The translations under genes and the position numbers were made by a program. Positions 31,343-32,000 of a stretch of 32,000 bases of DNA are shown piece by piece (the first letter of the stretch is position 1; every line of letters starts with the position of its first letter). The DNA is taken from NCBI RefSeq assembly GCF_001457595.1, contig NZ_LN831039.1, positions 1,920,001-1,952,000 of the forward strand, in the 5' to 3' direction. Below the pieces are notes generated by a model. That model saw only the letters and a program-made list of their open reading frames with translations, was not told where the DNA came from and made no database searches. Origin of the DNA: Mycolicibacterium smegmatis. GTDB taxonomy: Bacteria > Actinomycetota > Actinomycetes > Mycobacteriales > Mycobacteriaceae.

Positions 31343-31762
31343 GTGCCGAAGACGACCCGTCAGGGTGCGGCCAAGAAGAGCGAACTGCCGAGCACACTGA
31401 AGAAGTCGGACGCCAAGGCGCAGCGGACCTTTGCCAAGGCGCACGACGCGGCGGCCGAAGAGTACGGCGAAGGGGAGCGCGCCCACCGCGTCGCGTACTC
31501 CGCGCTGAAGCACAGCTACGAGAAGGTGGGCGACCACTGGGAGGCCAAGACGCGTCGTGGCCCGTCCGATCAGCGCGCACGTGGCGGCGGTCCGAACGCG
31601 AAGGGCAAGACGGCCGAAGGCGTGGACGCGCACGCCAGCAAGGCCCACCTGCTGCAGATCGCCAGGCGCCTCGACATCCGGGGCCGCTCGACGATGAACA
31701 AGGGCGACCTGGTGACCGCTATCGAGAAGGCGAACCGGCGCGAAACCCGGGCCAGGCGTTGA
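31343..31762 (+). CDS. chaB: ChaB-family protein with C-terminal Rho_N/SAP-like domain (139 aa)
   Basis: GTG 31343 (VPKTTRQG...) follows GAGAGGAAG; the track starts at GTG 31334. ELPSTLKKSDAKAQRTFAKAHDAAAEEYGEGERAHRVAYSALKHSYEKVGDHW is ChaB-like. The C-terminal part is AHLLQIARRLDIRGRSTMNKGDLVTAIEKA. Confidence 0.8.
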   Translation: MPKTTRQGAAKKSELPSTLKKSDAKAQRTFAKAHDAAAEEYGEGERAHRVAYSALKHSYEKVGDHWEAKTRRGPSDQRARGGGPNAKGKTAEGVDAHASKAHLLQIARRLDIRGRSTMNKGDLVTAIEKANRRETRARR

Positions 31763-31865
31763 ACCGCCACCGCGGGCCGTGTGATCCGGCAGCGGAACAA
31801 GGAGTGGCGCGGTGAATCCACCCACCCGCCTGAGGTACTGTCGGTCACAAATTCCAGGAGGTCAG

Positions 31866-32000
31866 ATGGCGGAAACACCCGCTCGGGGCGAGCGGTCGGT
31901 AGAGATCCGCGTCGCCGCGATGTTGGAGAACCTGGCGGTGGTGCGCACCGTGGTCGCTGCGATCGCAACGTTCGAGGACCTCGACTTCGACGTGGTCGCG
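31866..32000 (+). CDS. rsbW: Anti-sigma-F factor RsbW/UsfX, 5' part (runs off the window)
   Basis: ATG 31866 follows CAGGAG. MAETPARGERSVEIRVAAMLENLAVVRTVVAAIATFEDLDFDVV matches the N-terminus of mycobacterial UsfX/RsbW as I recall it. Position after chaB fits the chaB-rsbW-sigF arrangement. Confidence 0.75.
   Translation, partial: MAETPARGERSVEIRVAAMLENLAVVRTVVAAIATFEDLDFDVVA

Noticed and set aside
1-32000. Scan for tRNA, rRNA, CRISPR arrays, prophage or defence-system gene signatures.
   Set aside because: I recognised no cloverleaf-like or rRNA-like segments, no regularly spaced repeats, and no nuclease, helicase or ATPase defence-type ORFs. The only mobile element seen is the IS110-family copy.

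Overview
High-GC actinobacterial chromosome. The gene content and order (three UsfY-like genes, CsbD, then ChaB and the start of an RsbW/UsfX-type anti-sigma-F gene at the right edge) suggest the region just upstream of the sigF locus of a Mycolicibacterium smegmatis-like mycobacterium. This is an inference, since I had no database access. I call about 45 protein-coding genes and found no tRNA, rRNA or CRISPR. Three themes stand out. (1) The window has a very dense set of SigF-type promoters (GTTT-N15-17-GGGTA), with 10 exact and 3 near matches. Each is correctly oriented just upstream of a gene start. Seven abut the start codon (leaderless-like) and six form three back-to-back divergent pairs. 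They sit in front of general-stress-type genes: CsbD, a DUF4383-like protein, a P450, a heme-oxygenase-like enzyme, a YdaD-like SDR, an Nramp-like transporter with PRC-barrel proteins, an LLM/F420-type oxidoreductase, small membrane proteins, and a second RsbW-like/STAS pair. (2) A 13-kb glycan locus (12.0-25.3 kb) encodes a complete ADP-heptose route (GmhA, HldE, and GmhB fused to a GT2). It also encodes two GT9 heptosyltransferases, UDP-Glc dehydrogenase plus UDP-GlcA decarboxylase, a NodU/CmcH carbamoyltransferase and further GTs. This is LPS-core-like chemistry in an LPS-less organism, with SigF-type promoters on its flanking units. Three of its genes carry lesions: an in-frame TAA, a -1 frameshift and a +1 frameshift. 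(3) A 1.47-kb IS110-family element sits exactly between the RBS and ATG of a methyltransferase gene. It separates that gene from a SigF-type promoter, and its 5' non-coding arm has the properties expected of a bridge-RNA region.
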